This document shows positions 1-8,466 of a DNA stretch of 64,000 nucleotides, piece after piece. Numbering within the stretch: position 1 is the first letter of the stretch; each line of letters starts with the position of its first letter. Made by a program: the position numbers and the translations under genes. Source of the stretch: Rhodobacter sp. (GTDB lineage Bacteria > Pseudomonadota > Alphaproteobacteria > Rhodobacterales > Rhodobacteraceae); NCBI GenBank assembly GCA_030066215.1, contig JASJCA010000004.1, forward strand, positions 1,762 to 65,761, written 5' to 3'. The notes beneath the pieces were generated by a model. It ran no database searches. It saw only the letters and a program-made list of their open reading frames with translations, and was not told where the DNA came from.

Positions 1-521
1 GGCTCGTCGACCAGCAGAAGGCGGGGGTCCTGGGCCAGCAGCATACCGATCTCGAGCCATTGCTTCTGACCGTGGCTGAGCGCGCCGGCCTTGCGCGGCA
101 GCTCTGCAGTCAGGCCGATCTCACCGGCCAGTTCGGCGATCCGGTCCCGATCCGCCCGGCTGTTGCGGTCGCGCAGCACCGCCAAGGGCCCGCGGCGCTT
201 CTTCAAGGCAAGAGCGAGGTTGTCGAACACAGTCTGATCCTCGAACACCGTCGGGCGCTGATACTTGCGACCGATGCCCTCTTGCGCGATGCGGCTTTCG
301 CTGAGCCCGACCAGCGACAGGCTGCGCTCGCCCCAGATCACCCGGCCGCTGTCGGGGCGGGTCTTGCCGGTGACGATGTCCATGAAGGTGGTTTTGCCGG
401 CGCCGTTCGGCCCGATGATCGCGCGCAGCTCTGGCTCGGCGATCTGGAACGACAGGTTGTCGATCGCTTGAAACCCGTCGAAGGCGACCGAGACGCCCGA
501 GACCTCCAACAGCGTGCTCAC
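1..521 (-). CDS. urtD: urea ABC transporter ATP-binding protein UrtD, N-terminal ~173 codons (gene continues past the left edge)
   Basis: Truncated, so absent from the ORF track. My reverse-strand translation from GTG 521-519 reads VSTLLEVSGVSVAFDGFQAIDNLSFQIAEPELRAIIGPNGAGKTTFMDIVTGKTRP...LSHGQKQWLEIGMLLAQDPRLLLVDEP, giving Walker A, an ABC signature-like LSHGQ and the start of Walker B. There is a GTGA overlap with the urtC stop. Gene order is urtA-B-C-D. Confidence 0.85.
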   Translation of the reverse strand, partial: MSTLLEVSGVSVAFDGFQAIDNLSFQIAEPELRAIIGPNGAGKTTFMDIVTGKTRPDSGRVIWGERSLSLVGLSESRIAQEGIGRKYQRPTVFEDQTVFDNLALALKKRRGPLAVLRDRNSRADRDRIAELAGEIGLTAELPRKAGALSHGQKQWLEIGMLLAQDPRLLLVDE

Positions 522-1777
522 CGCTCGGCCTCCTTCTCGCGCAGCGCCCCGGCGTCGGGGCCCAGGTCCTGCCCGTGCCGGTCCGGCGCCCGCCGCTCGG
601 CCAGCGCCGCGATCACCCCGCCGATGCCCTTGGGCGCAAACAGCGTCACCGCGACGAAGCTCAGGCCCAGAAGCACCGTCCACCAGTCCACCCAGCGGAC
701 CGTGACGGCCCCAAGGTCCAGATCCGGCGCCTGGCCACCCGTAAACCAGGTCGAGACCAGGCTGACGAAGGCGGCGCCGATCACCGCGCCGTAAAGCTGC
801 CCGCGGCCACCAATGGCGACCCAGACCGCCAGATAGATCGAGGCGATCGGCGCGATCTCGGCGGGGTTGATGATCCCGGCCTGCGGGTAGTAGAGCGCGC
901 CGGCGATGCCGGCCAGAACCGCGGTCAGGGTGAAGACTGCCAGCTTGAACGCCTCGACCGGGTAGCCCAGGAACCGCACCCGCGCCTCGTCGTCGCGGAT
1001 CGCGCGGATGACGTTGCCGAATTTGCCCGAGACCAGCCAGGCGCAGAACAGATAACCCAGCCCAAGCGCCAGCGCCGAGGCCCAGAAGAACCAGACCGAC
1101 AGCACGTCCTGGCCCGTCGCCTCGAGCCCGGGGATGTTCTGCAGCCCCGACAGCCCGTTATTGCCCCGCAGCCCGCTGTCGTTCTGGAAGAGGTAGAGCG
1201 CCAGCGCCAGCGTCATCGCCTGGGTCAGGATCGACAAGTAGACCCCGGTGACCCGGCTGCGGAACGCCAGCCAGCCGAAGACCAGCGCCAGCAAGCCCGG
1301 GACCAGCACCACAAAGGCCAGTTGGACCGGCAGCGCGTGCGCGAAGCTCCAGACCAGCGGCAGCTCGGACGCGCCGACGACGCCGAAGATCTGGGTGGCG
1401 ATGCCTTCTCGGATTTCTTCCGGGGTGGGCGGCAGCGGCGCTGCGGCGAGGCTGGCGGTGACGATGATCTCGGTCCGGGCGTACATCAGCCACATGCCGA
1501 TGGCGTAGCCGCCGAGCCCGAAGAACGCCATGTGGCCGAGCGACAGGATGCCGGTGTAGCCCCAGACCAGGTCCATCGCCAGCGCCGCGAGGCAGAGGCA
1601 CAGCGTCTTGCCCAGCGTCTTGACGAAAGAGGTCGAGATCAGGCCCAGCCCGAAGGCTTCGCTCAGCACGGTGACGCCGAGGGTGAAAAGCGCCAGCAGC
1701 GTCAGAAAGACCAGCACCGAGGGGTGGCGCATCGCAAACGGGCGCCGGACGGGGGCAGAGAAGGCGGCGTCGGTCAC
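518..1777 (-). CDS. urtC: urea ABC transporter permease UrtC (LivM-type)
   Basis: ORF 518..1900(-). Polytopic permease with the LSLGHMAFFGLGGYAIGMW block. Start set at GTG 1777, 2 nt after the urtB stop; ATG 1732 is the alternative. The N-terminal 41 codons of the ORF are His/Arg-rich and overlap urtB. Confidence 0.85.
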   Translation of the reverse strand: MTDAAFSAPVRRPFAMRHPSVLVFLTLLALFTLGVTVLSEAFGLGLISTSFVKTLGKTLCLCLAALAMDLVWGYTGILSLGHMAFFGLGGYAIGMWLMYARTEIIVTASLAAAPLPPTPEEIREGIATQIFGVVGASELPLVWSFAHALPVQLAFVVLVPGLLALVFGWLAFRSRVTGVYLSILTQAMTLALALYLFQNDSGLRGNNGLSGLQNIPGLEATGQDVLSVWFFWASALALGLGYLFCAWLVSGKFGNVIRAIRDDEARVRFLGYPVEAFKLAVFTLTAVLAGIAGALYYPQAGIINPAEIAPIASIYLAVWVAIGGRGQLYGAVIGAAFVSLVSTWFTGGQAPDLDLGAVTVRWVDWWTVLLGLSFVAVTLFAPKGIGGVIAALAERRAPDRHGQDLGPDAGALREKEAER

Positions 1778-1779
1778 GA

Positions 1780-3750
1780 TCAGGCCTCCGCCGCGCGGCC
1801 CTTGAGCGCGATGATGCCTTTGGGCCGAAACTGGATGAAGAGGATGATGAAGAGGATCATGTAGGTCTGCGCTGCCAGCGTGTTCGAGGGGTTCAGCCAC
1901 TCGATCCCCTTCTGCAGCGTGCCAATCAGGGCCGCACCCGCGAGCGTGCCCCAGATGCTGCCGACGCCGCCGACGACCACGGTCATGAAGCTTTGCACGA
2001 TGTATTGCTGGCCGATCTCGCTGGTGACCTGGGCGAAAAGCCCGATCGCCACGCCGGCGATCCCGGCGATGCCCGAGCCGAGGCCGAAGGTCAGCATGTT
2101 GATCCGGTCCGGGTTGATCCCCATCGAGGCCGCCATGCGCGGGTTCTGGGTCACCGCGCGCACCTCGAGCCCCAGCCGGGTACGGTTGAGGATCACCAAC
2201 AGCAGTGCCAAAAACACCAGCGCCAGAAAGAAGATCGCGATCCGGATATAGCTGATCGAGACCACGTCGTTGATCACCCAGGCGCCGGCCAGCCAGTCGG
2301 GCGAGGTCAGGGGCCGCGCCTGGGTGCCGAAGATGTTCTTGGCGATCTGCTGCAGCGCGATCGAGATGCCGAAGGTGGCCAACAGCGTCTCCAAGGGCCG
2401 GTGATAGAGCCAGCGGATCACCAGCCGCTCCATCGCCACGCCGGCGCCGAAGGTCACGGCAAACGCCAAGGGCAGCGCCAGCAGGATCGACAGCGTGTAG
2501 TCCGGCACCACAAGCTGCACGACATAGCCGGTGTAGGCGCCCATCATGATGAACTCGCCATGGGCCATGTTGATCACGCCCATCACGCCGAAGGTGATCG
2601 CCAGCCCGATGGCGGCGAGGAAGTAGATCGAGGCCAAGGACAGCGCGTCGAGCGCCAGATCGGCGGTCTGGTTCAGCGCCAGCGTCAGCTCGATCGACTC
2701 CAGCACCGCCGCCGCCGCGGCGGTGACGGCGGGGTTTTGCAACAGAAAGGCGTCGAAGAAGACATGCGCGGCCAGGGCGGCGTTGATCTCGGCCGCTCCC
2801 GGCGCCGGCTCGGCCAGCCCGGCGGCGGCGAGCGCGTCATAGGCGGTCTGGCGCGCCGCGTCGGTGCTCAGCGTCTCAACCGCGACGCCCCCGACCACCC
2901 CGCCCGCAATATTGGCGACCAGCACCGCCTTGCGGGTCTCGGCGTCGATCGGCGGCGGCAGGGCGCCGGCCTCGACCAGCAGGGCAACGGCCGCCTCGCG
3001 CGGCAGGGCGTCGGTGCCGGGGGTCAGCCGCTGCGCCAGATTGGCATTGGCTGGAATCTCCACGGCCACCCGGCGCTCGGTGGTCAACAGCGGGTTCAGC
3101 GCCGCCCGCACGTCGACCCCCAGATCGGACCGGAAGCTTTCGATCGCCGCGACCTGCGATGCCGCGTCGGGGTCGAAGCGGATCGTCAACAGCCGCTGCA
3201 TCCGCTCCGCCCGCGCCCTCAGCACAGGGTCGGACTCGTCCGGCGCCACGCTGCGCAGCACCTCCAGATGGCTGGCCTCCGCGTCGCGGGCGATGGCGTC
3301 CAGCGCCAGGGCGCGCTCGGCCGGGTCGGGGTCGCGCAACTGGAACTGCACCAGCGCCGCGCCGATCATGCCGCGGATGCCGCTGTTGGGCTTGAGCTGC
3401 TTCAACTCACGCTTGCCGGCGGTCCCGACCTCGGCCCCGCTGGCGATGTCGATCAGCGCCAAACCGTCGCCATGCGGAGCCACGAAAAAGAACCGGCCGT
3501 CCGCCTTGCGCAGCCACAGCTCCTTGGCCTGCCATTTCTCCAGAACGGTGCGCGCGTCGCCGAGCCCGCTCGCCGCCAGCGCATCGATCGCCGGGGCGAT
3601 GGTCTTGCGCGAACTCTTGGCGATGATCTCGCCATGCTCCTGCAACAGCGCCTGGATCGGGGCCTCGGTCGCCTCAACCGCAACGCTCGTGCCAAACACA
3701 CCGAGCAGCAAAGCCATCAGCCTCAGCAGTGCCATCGCGTGCCTCTTCAT
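1780..3750 (-). CDS. urtB: urea ABC transporter permease UrtB (LivH-type core) with a long N-terminal periplasmic extension
   Basis: ORF 1780..3750(-), 656 aa. The C-terminal ~290 aa form a LivH-like core (AIGLAITFGVMGVINMAHGEF...). The N-terminal ~360 aa begin with a signal-like MKRHAMALLRLMALLLGVFGTSVAVEA followed by an Ala-rich soluble domain. Lies between urtA and urtC. Confidence 0.85.
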   Translation of the reverse strand: MKRHAMALLRLMALLLGVFGTSVAVEATEAPIQALLQEHGEIIAKSSRKTIAPAIDALAASGLGDARTVLEKWQAKELWLRKADGRFFFVAPHGDGLALIDIASGAEVGTAGKRELKQLKPNSGIRGMIGAALVQFQLRDPDPAERALALDAIARDAEASHLEVLRSVAPDESDPVLRARAERMQRLLTIRFDPDAASQVAAIESFRSDLGVDVRAALNPLLTTERRVAVEIPANANLAQRLTPGTDALPREAAVALLVEAGALPPPIDAETRKAVLVANIAGGVVGGVAVETLSTDAARQTAYDALAAAGLAEPAPGAAEINAALAAHVFFDAFLLQNPAVTAAAAAVLESIELTLALNQTADLALDALSLASIYFLAAIGLAITFGVMGVINMAHGEFIMMGAYTGYVVQLVVPDYTLSILLALPLAFAVTFGAGVAMERLVIRWLYHRPLETLLATFGISIALQQIAKNIFGTQARPLTSPDWLAGAWVINDVVSISYIRIAIFFLALVFLALLLVILNRTRLGLEVRAVTQNPRMAASMGINPDRINMLTFGLGSGIAGIAGVAIGLFAQVTSEIGQQYIVQSFMTVVVGGVGSIWGTLAGAALIGTLQKGIEWLNPSNTLAAQTYMILFIILFIQFRPKGIIALKGRAAEA

Positions 3751-3815
3751 CTGGCCCGAAATATCTCAGGGGGAGCGCGAGGGGGACGGCGTCCCCCTCG
3801 CCTCGGTCGGATCAC

Positions 3816-5093
3816 CTAGTAGTTCGACTTGATCTGAACGCAGGTCTCGGTCGCGGTGTTGTACATGCCGCAGCCCAAATCCTTCCAATCCGACGTCAGC
3901 ACCGCCGATTCGGGCAGGAAGTCGGTCCAGGCGTCGCCCGGCACCTCTTCGGTCTGGCTGATGATGTCGAACTGGCCGTCCTCGAGGATCTCGCCGATCA
4001 GCACCGGCTTGGCCAAGTGGTGGTTCGGCAGCATCACCGCGGTGCCGCCGGTGAGATTGGGGAATTTCTGGCCGTACATCGCCGTCCGCACCGCATCGAC
4101 ATCCGTGGTCCCGGCCGCAGTCGCCGCATTCACCCACATGTTGAAGCCGATGTAATGCGCCTCCATCGGGTCGTTGGTGACCCGGTCTTCGCCCATCTTG
4201 GCCTTCCACGCCTCGACCCAGCCGGCATTGATCTCGGTATCGGCGGATTGAAAGTAGTTCCACGCCGCCAGGTGCCCGACGAGGTTCGAGGTGTCGAGCC
4301 CGCTCAACTCCTCCTCTCCGACCGAGAACGCCACCACGGGGATGTCGTCCGCGCTGACCCCTGCGGCCGCGAGCTCCTTGTAGAAGCCCACGTTGGCGTC
4401 GCCGTTGATCGTCGAGATCACGCCGACCTTCTTGCCGTCGGCACCCAGCGCCACGACGTCGGCCACGATCTTCGACCAGTCGGAATGACCGAACGGCGTG
4501 TAGTTGACGAAGATGTCGTCCGGGGCTATGCCCTTGTCCTGCAGATAGGCCTCGAGGATGTTGTTGGTGGTGCGCGGATAGACGTAATCGGTGCCCAGAA
4601 GCGCGAATTTCTCGACCTCCAGCTCCTCGAGGAAATAGTCGGTCGCCGGGATCGCCTGCTGGTTCGGCGCGGCGCCAGTGTAGAACACGTTCTTCGAGCT
4701 TTCCTCGCCCTCGTACTGCACCGGGTAGAACAGCAGGCCGTTCAGCTCTTCGATCACCGGCAGAACCGACTTGCGGCTTACGCTGGTCCAGTTGCCGAAG
4801 ATCACGTCGACCTCGTGCACCGTCAACAGCTCGCGCGCCTTCTCGGCAAAGAGCGGCCAGTCCGAGGCCGGGTCGACCACGACCGGCTCGATCTCACAGC
4901 CCAGAAGACCGCCCGCGGCGTTCTGCTGGTCGATCAGCAAGAGCATCGTGTCCTTCAGCGTGGTTTCGGAAATCGCCATCGTGCCGGACAGCGAATGCAG
5001 GACGCCGACCTTGATCGGGCAGTCGGCGAGCGCCGGCGTGGCCAGCGCCGCGGCGGCGGCAAGACCGGTGAGAGAACGGGTGAGTCGTGGCAT
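3816..5093 (-). CDS. urtA: urea/short-chain amide ABC transporter substrate-binding protein UrtA
   Basis: ORF 3816..5222(-). Start moved to ATG 5093, which is preceded by GGAGGA. Signal peptide MPRLTRSLTGLAAAAALATPALA. Type I PBP with the block VGVLHSLSGTMAISE...FGNWTSVSRKSVLPV, which I recognise as UrtA-like. Confidence 0.9.
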   Translation of the reverse strand: MPRLTRSLTGLAAAAALATPALADCPIKVGVLHSLSGTMAISETTLKDTMLLLIDQQNAAGGLLGCEIEPVVVDPASDWPLFAEKARELLTVHEVDVIFGNWTSVSRKSVLPVIEELNGLLFYPVQYEGEESSKNVFYTGAAPNQQAIPATDYFLEELEVEKFALLGTDYVYPRTTNNILEAYLQDKGIAPDDIFVNYTPFGHSDWSKIVADVVALGADGKKVGVISTINGDANVGFYKELAAAGVSADDIPVVAFSVGEEELSGLDTSNLVGHLAAWNYFQSADTEINAGWVEAWKAKMGEDRVTNDPMEAHYIGFNMWVNAATAAGTTDVDAVRTAMYGQKFPNLTGGTAVMLPNHHLAKPVLIGEILEDGQFDIISQTEEVPGDAWTDFLPESAVLTSDWKDLGCGMYNTATETCVQIKSNY

Positions 5094-5601
5094 GGAGATC
5101 CTCCATGCAGGGCGCCGGCGCCGCTTGCGCAGCAAGCGCGTCGCGAGGTAGGCTGGCCCCCTGCAGCTTCGTGTTGCAATCAGTGTGGCGGCCGGTGCGA
5201 TGTCCAGTCTCTCGGCCGTCACACGCCCTGTTCGGACGTCCTTTAGTTGCGGCGCGTCGGGACGATCGCAATTCCCGACGATGCAAGCGACGCATGTGCC
5301 GATGGGATCGCCCAGAATTCAGGCGTGATTTCCTGCATTGCCAAAAAATCGGGCGGTGGACGGTGAGAAATTCCGTGTCGGATTTTTTTGCCGCTGAAAT
5401 TCGCCTGAAGCGAACGTTGGTCATGAGACTGCACACAGCCCTGCGAAGCGCCTCGAAAAACCGCTTCGAATTGCGTTCTGAAGCGGCTTCTTAGCCGCTG
5501 GCATCGTCGATCATCCGCGTCAGGCGAAATCCAGCGGTGCCTTTGGCTTCACGAATGCGGCGCCTCGGCTCGCCGCCAGCGCAACAGATCCGGCTCGGCT
5601 T

Positions 5602-5678
5602 TGGCGACCCCGACAGGATTCGAACCTGTGACCTACCGCTTAGGAGGCGGTCGCTCTATCCAGCTGAGCTACGGGGCC
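5602..5678 (-). tRNA. tRNA-Arg (anticodon CCU)
   Basis: The reverse complement GGCCCCGTAGCTCAGCTGGATAGAGCGACCGCCTCCTAAGCGGTAGGTCACAGGTTCGAATCCTGTCGGGGTCGCCA folds as a cloverleaf. It has a 7-bp acceptor stem (one G.U), D arm GCTC/GAGC, anticodon stem ACCGC/GCGGT with loop CUCCUAA, a T arm with GGTTCGAATCC, and an encoded CCA. Confidence 0.9.
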
Positions 5679-5712
5679 AGTGCCAAAGCCATACTGCGGC
5701 GACGCGCCCAAG

Positions 5713-6819
5713 TCATCCGCCATTTTGACCAAGGGGCGGGGCGGGGATCGGGCCGGCAGGGGCGCCGCGCGGCCCCGGCGCCAGTGGCACAGGCAAGGCT
5801 GGCGCTACCGATCCGTCGCCCAAGGCGACACCATACTGCATCAGGCCGCGCGCACCGAAATGCGGGTCAGCCAGCGCCTGGTCCAGCGATGCGACCAGGG
5901 TGCAGCAGCAGTCGACGCCGTCAAAAGCCTGGGCCCAATGCGCGCCGGGTCGGCGGCCGATAATGCGCGACACCTCGGTCAGTGTCGCCTGCGGGTCACG
6001 ACCGTCGTCGCGCAGGTCTTCGGGCAGATCGAGCACCGTGCAGAAGTTGTCCCAAAACCGCTGTTCGATCGGCGCCGCCGCAACGACCTGGCCGTCCAGG
6101 GTGGGATAAAGCCGATACCGGGCGGTACCGCCCGTCAATAGGCTGTCGCCGCTGCCCGGCGCCGCACCCGTTGCGGCGTGCTGTGCCAAAGCCCACCAGG
6201 CCAACGGGAACAGATTGTCGGTCATCGACACGTCCAGATGTGCACCCCGGCCCGTCTGCCGCCGCGCCTCGAGCGCCAGCAGGATGTTCATCACGGCCGG
6301 ATAAGCGCCACCGGCGATGTCGGCGATCAGGGCCGGCGGCACGACCGGCGCCTCCGCTTTCCCAAGCGACAGGGCCAAGAGCCCGGTCTCGGCCATGTAA
6401 TTCAGGTCGTGTCCAGCCACTTGCGCCTTTGGCCCGTCCTGCCCGAAACCGGTGATCGAGCAATAGATCAGCTGGGGAAACCGCTCGGCCAGTGTCGGGT
6501 ATCCCAACCCGATCCGCGCCATCACTCCTGGCCGGAATTGCTCGATCAGAATGTCGGCGCGGGCCAGATGCGGCTCTAACTCCGCCCGTCCGGCTTCGGA
6601 TTTGAGATCCACCGCCAGGCTCGCCTTGCCGCGGTTCAACATCGCGAAGGGCAGGCTTTCGCCGCCTTTGAACGGCGGATAGGCGCGCATCTCGTCACCC
6701 GCGCCGGGCCGCTCGACCTTGATCACCTCCGCGCCCGCCTCGGCCAGGATCAACGACGCCATCGGCCCCGGCAGCAAGGTCGAGAAATCCAGTACTACGA
6801 CGCCGTCCAGCGGTCTCAT
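5713..6819 (-). CDS. CoA-transferase family III (CaiB/BaiF-type) protein
   Basis: ORF 5713..7215(-) trimmed to ATG 6819, which is preceded by GGGAGGG. The N-terminus MRPLDGVVVLDFSTLLPGPMASLILAEAGAEVIKVERPGAGD is the typical family III CoA-transferase opening. Confidence 0.8.
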   Translation of the reverse strand: MRPLDGVVVLDFSTLLPGPMASLILAEAGAEVIKVERPGAGDEMRAYPPFKGGESLPFAMLNRGKASLAVDLKSEAGRAELEPHLARADILIEQFRPGVMARIGLGYPTLAERFPQLIYCSITGFGQDGPKAQVAGHDLNYMAETGLLALSLGKAEAPVVPPALIADIAGGAYPAVMNILLALEARRQTGRGAHLDVSMTDNLFPLAWWALAQHAATGAAPGSGDSLLTGGTARYRLYPTLDGQVVAAAPIEQRFWDNFCTVLDLPEDLRDDGRDPQATLTEVSRIIGRRPGAHWAQAFDGVDCCCTLVASLDQALADPHFGARGLMQYGVALGDGSVAPALPVPLAPGPRGAPAGPIPAPPLGQNGG

Positions 6820-6965
6820 CCTGATGCCCTCCCTGGTCCGAACCCTTGGTGGCACAGGCCGGTACGCGAGACCAGAACCGGAGGGCGAAAGAAAAGGAGG
6901 AGCAATTGGCCCACCGCTCCTCCTTCCTCGTCCCGATTGGCCTTCGACCCGCCGGGCAACCCTTG

Positions 6966-6979
6966 TGTTACCGCTAACA
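6966..6979. promoter_or_regulatory. candidate LacI/GntR-type operator TGTTA-CCGC-TAACA (weaker second site TTTAACGCTAACAT at 7013-7026)
   Basis: Perfect 5-bp inverted arms around a 4-bp centre, lying in the divergent intergenic region between the CoA-transferase (start 6819) and the GntR-like LacI regulator (start 7061). It resembles the ATGTTA-N4-TAACAT-type boxes I recall for gluconate repressors. Confidence 0.4.
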
Positions 6980-7060
6980 TATCGTGGCGCGCAGACTTGG
7001 ACAAGCCCTGGCTTTAACGCTAACATCGCCCGCACAGGACCGTAACGGTGGAGGCCGCCC

Positions 7061-8095
7061 TTGGCCAAGGAAGAGATCGCCAACGAGAACCGCCCGCTGA
7101 CTTTGCGCGACGTGTCGATGGCCTCCGGCGTCAGCGAAATGACGGTCAGTCGGGTGCTGCGCGGCCGCGGCGATGTCAGCGATGCAACCCGAACCAAGGT
7201 GCTCGAGGCCGCCAAGATGCTGGGCTACGTGCCGAACAAGATCGCCGGCGCGCTGGCGTCGCAACGGGTCAACTTGGTCGCGGTCATCATTCCGTCGTTG
7301 TCGAATCTGGTCTTTCCCGAGGTGATGACCGGCATCTCCGAGGTGCTCGACGAAACACCGCTGCAACCCGTCGTCGGCGTCACGAATTACGGCCCAGAAC
7401 GCGAGGAGGCGGTGCTTTATGAGATGCTCAGCTGGCGGCCCTCGGGCGTGATCATCGCGGGGCTCGAACACACCGATGCCAGCCGCGCGATGTTGCGCGC
7501 CGCGGGCGTACCGGTGGTCGAGATCATGGATTGCGACGGCGAGCCGGTCGATGCCATGGTCGGCATCTCACACCGCCGGGTGGGGCGCGAGATGGCCAAA
7601 GCGATCGTCCGGGCGGGCTATCGCCGGATCGGTTTTCTCGGCACCAAGATGCCGCTCGACCACCGGGCGCGGAAGCGGTTCGAGGGCTTCACCGAGGCGC
7701 TTGCCAAGGAGGGCCTCGAGGTCGCCGACCAGGAGTTCTACCAGGGCGGCTCGGCGCTGGTGAAGGGACGCGAGATGACCGAGGCGATCCTGACGCGCAC
7801 GCCGGATCTCGATTTTCTGTATTATTCCAACGACATGATCGGCGCGGGCGGGCTGCTCTATTGCCTCGAAAACGGGATCGAAGTGCCGGGCCAGGTCGGG
7901 CTGGCGGGGTTCAACGGGCTGCGGCTATTGGACGGGCTGCCGAAGAAGCTGGCCACTATGGATGCCTGCCGCGCCGAGATCGGGCGCGAGGCGGCGCGGC
8001 TGGTGGCGGCGCATGCGGGCGAGGACAGCGCCGGCGCCGAACGCCACGTGCTGACGCCCACATTGGAGTTCGGCGCGACGTTGAAGCGGCGCTGA
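7061..8095 (+). CDS. LacI-family transcriptional regulator, GntR/IdnR (gluconate-repressor)-like
   Basis: ORF 7061..8095(+). TTG start 5 nt after GGTGGAGG. HTH LRDVSMASGVSEMTVSRVL. The blocks VIIPSLSNLVFPEVMTGISEV, MLSWRPSGVIIAG and AGVPVVEIMD parallel E. coli GntR as I remember it. Confidence 0.85.
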   Translation: MAKEEIANENRPLTLRDVSMASGVSEMTVSRVLRGRGDVSDATRTKVLEAAKMLGYVPNKIAGALASQRVNLVAVIIPSLSNLVFPEVMTGISEVLDETPLQPVVGVTNYGPEREEAVLYEMLSWRPSGVIIAGLEHTDASRAMLRAAGVPVVEIMDCDGEPVDAMVGISHRRVGREMAKAIVRAGYRRIGFLGTKMPLDHRARKRFEGFTEALAKEGLEVADQEFYQGGSALVKGREMTEAILTRTPDLDFLYYSNDMIGAGGLLYCLENGIEVPGQVGLAGFNGLRLLDGLPKKLATMDACRAEIGREAARLVAAHAGEDSAGAERHVLTPTLEFGATLKRR

Positions 8096-8150
8096 GCGGC
8101 TGCGGCGGGGGGCTTGGCCGCCGGCTTGGCACGAACGTCAGCGCTCTGTC

Positions 8151-8320
8151 CCGGGCACGGACTCAAGGCCGCAGGCCGCCGTGCCCATCGCCAACCCGCC
8201 CCGGAGGGGTGGCGATTGATCGGCGGCAGCGCACCGCTTGAGGCTCTACGGACTCGACGACCATAAAGCACCGCCGTTCAGAGGTCGGGTCGCCACCCCG
8301 CGGGTCGGTGATGGGCACGG
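8151..8320 (-). repeat. ~170-bp structured intergenic repeat, copy A (reverse orientation relative to copies B and C)
   Basis: The reverse complement aligns along its whole length with 8988-9160 and 11871-12043. Shared blocks are CCCATC.CCGACCCGCGGGGTGGCGA, CGGCGG..CTTTATGG..GTCGAGTCCGTAG, ATCGCCACCCCTCCGGGGCGGGTTGGCGATGGGCACGG and CCGTGCCC. Confidence 0.85.
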
Positions 8321-8416
8321 CTCCGCGCTCGGGCGACTCGCGTTCGCACCAAGCCAAGACCCACCCGTTTCGCAGCGCTCCGCACCTGATCTGGATCAAA
8401 CCCAACACATCCCAAA

Positions 8417-8441
8417 AATGCTATGTGAAAAACTCAGCATT
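8417..8441. promoter_or_regulatory. inverted repeat AATGCT-N13-AGCATT in the AT-rich leader of the Rrf2 regulator gene (candidate autoregulatory operator/promoter)
   Basis: The sequence aaaAATGCTatgtgaaaaactcAGCATTgtt is an unusually AT-rich stretch 26-50 nt upstream of ATG 8467. Confidence 0.3.
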
Positions 8442-8466
8442 GTTCTGCGGGAGGGCGGGACTGGTC

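Noticed and set aside
1993-3819. Very long ORFs antisense to or out of frame with the called genes. Examples: 575..1864(+), 1993..3819(+), 3729..5246(+), 9172..10125(+), 14954..16969(+), 27089..28192(-), 37041..38753(-), 52726..55215(+), 61824..63884(+).
   Set aside because: Their translations are Arg/Gly/Pro/Ala/Asp-rich low-complexity sequence with no recognisable motifs, typical of shadow frames in GC-rich DNA. In each case the other strand or frame encodes a clearly recognisable protein.
5171-5190. Sigma-54 (-24/-12) promoter candidates upstream of urtA and of the LacI gene, built on the shared 11-mer TTGCAATCAGT (5174-5184 and 23740-23750; reverse strand ACTGATTGCAA).
   Set aside because: The urtA copy has GC instead of the essential GG at -24. 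The LacI copy has GG but the spacing to TTGC is off by one. By rough estimate, a shared 11-mer is expected many times by chance in 64 kb.
5094-5300. Possible guanidine-I (ykkC) or other riboswitch in the urtA leader. The reverse strand contains ACGGCCGAGAGACUGG, reminiscent of GGUCCGAGAG.
   Set aside because: The other conserved ykkC blocks as I remember them (CUAGGGUUCCG, ACACGG..GGGA..AAGCCCGGGAGA) are absent. The resemblance is limited to one short string.
5094-5678. Genomic island or prophage integrated at tRNA-Arg.
   Set aside because: There is no integrase, no phage or IS genes, and no direct repeat of the tRNA 3' end that I could find. The flanking genes are ordinary metabolic genes.
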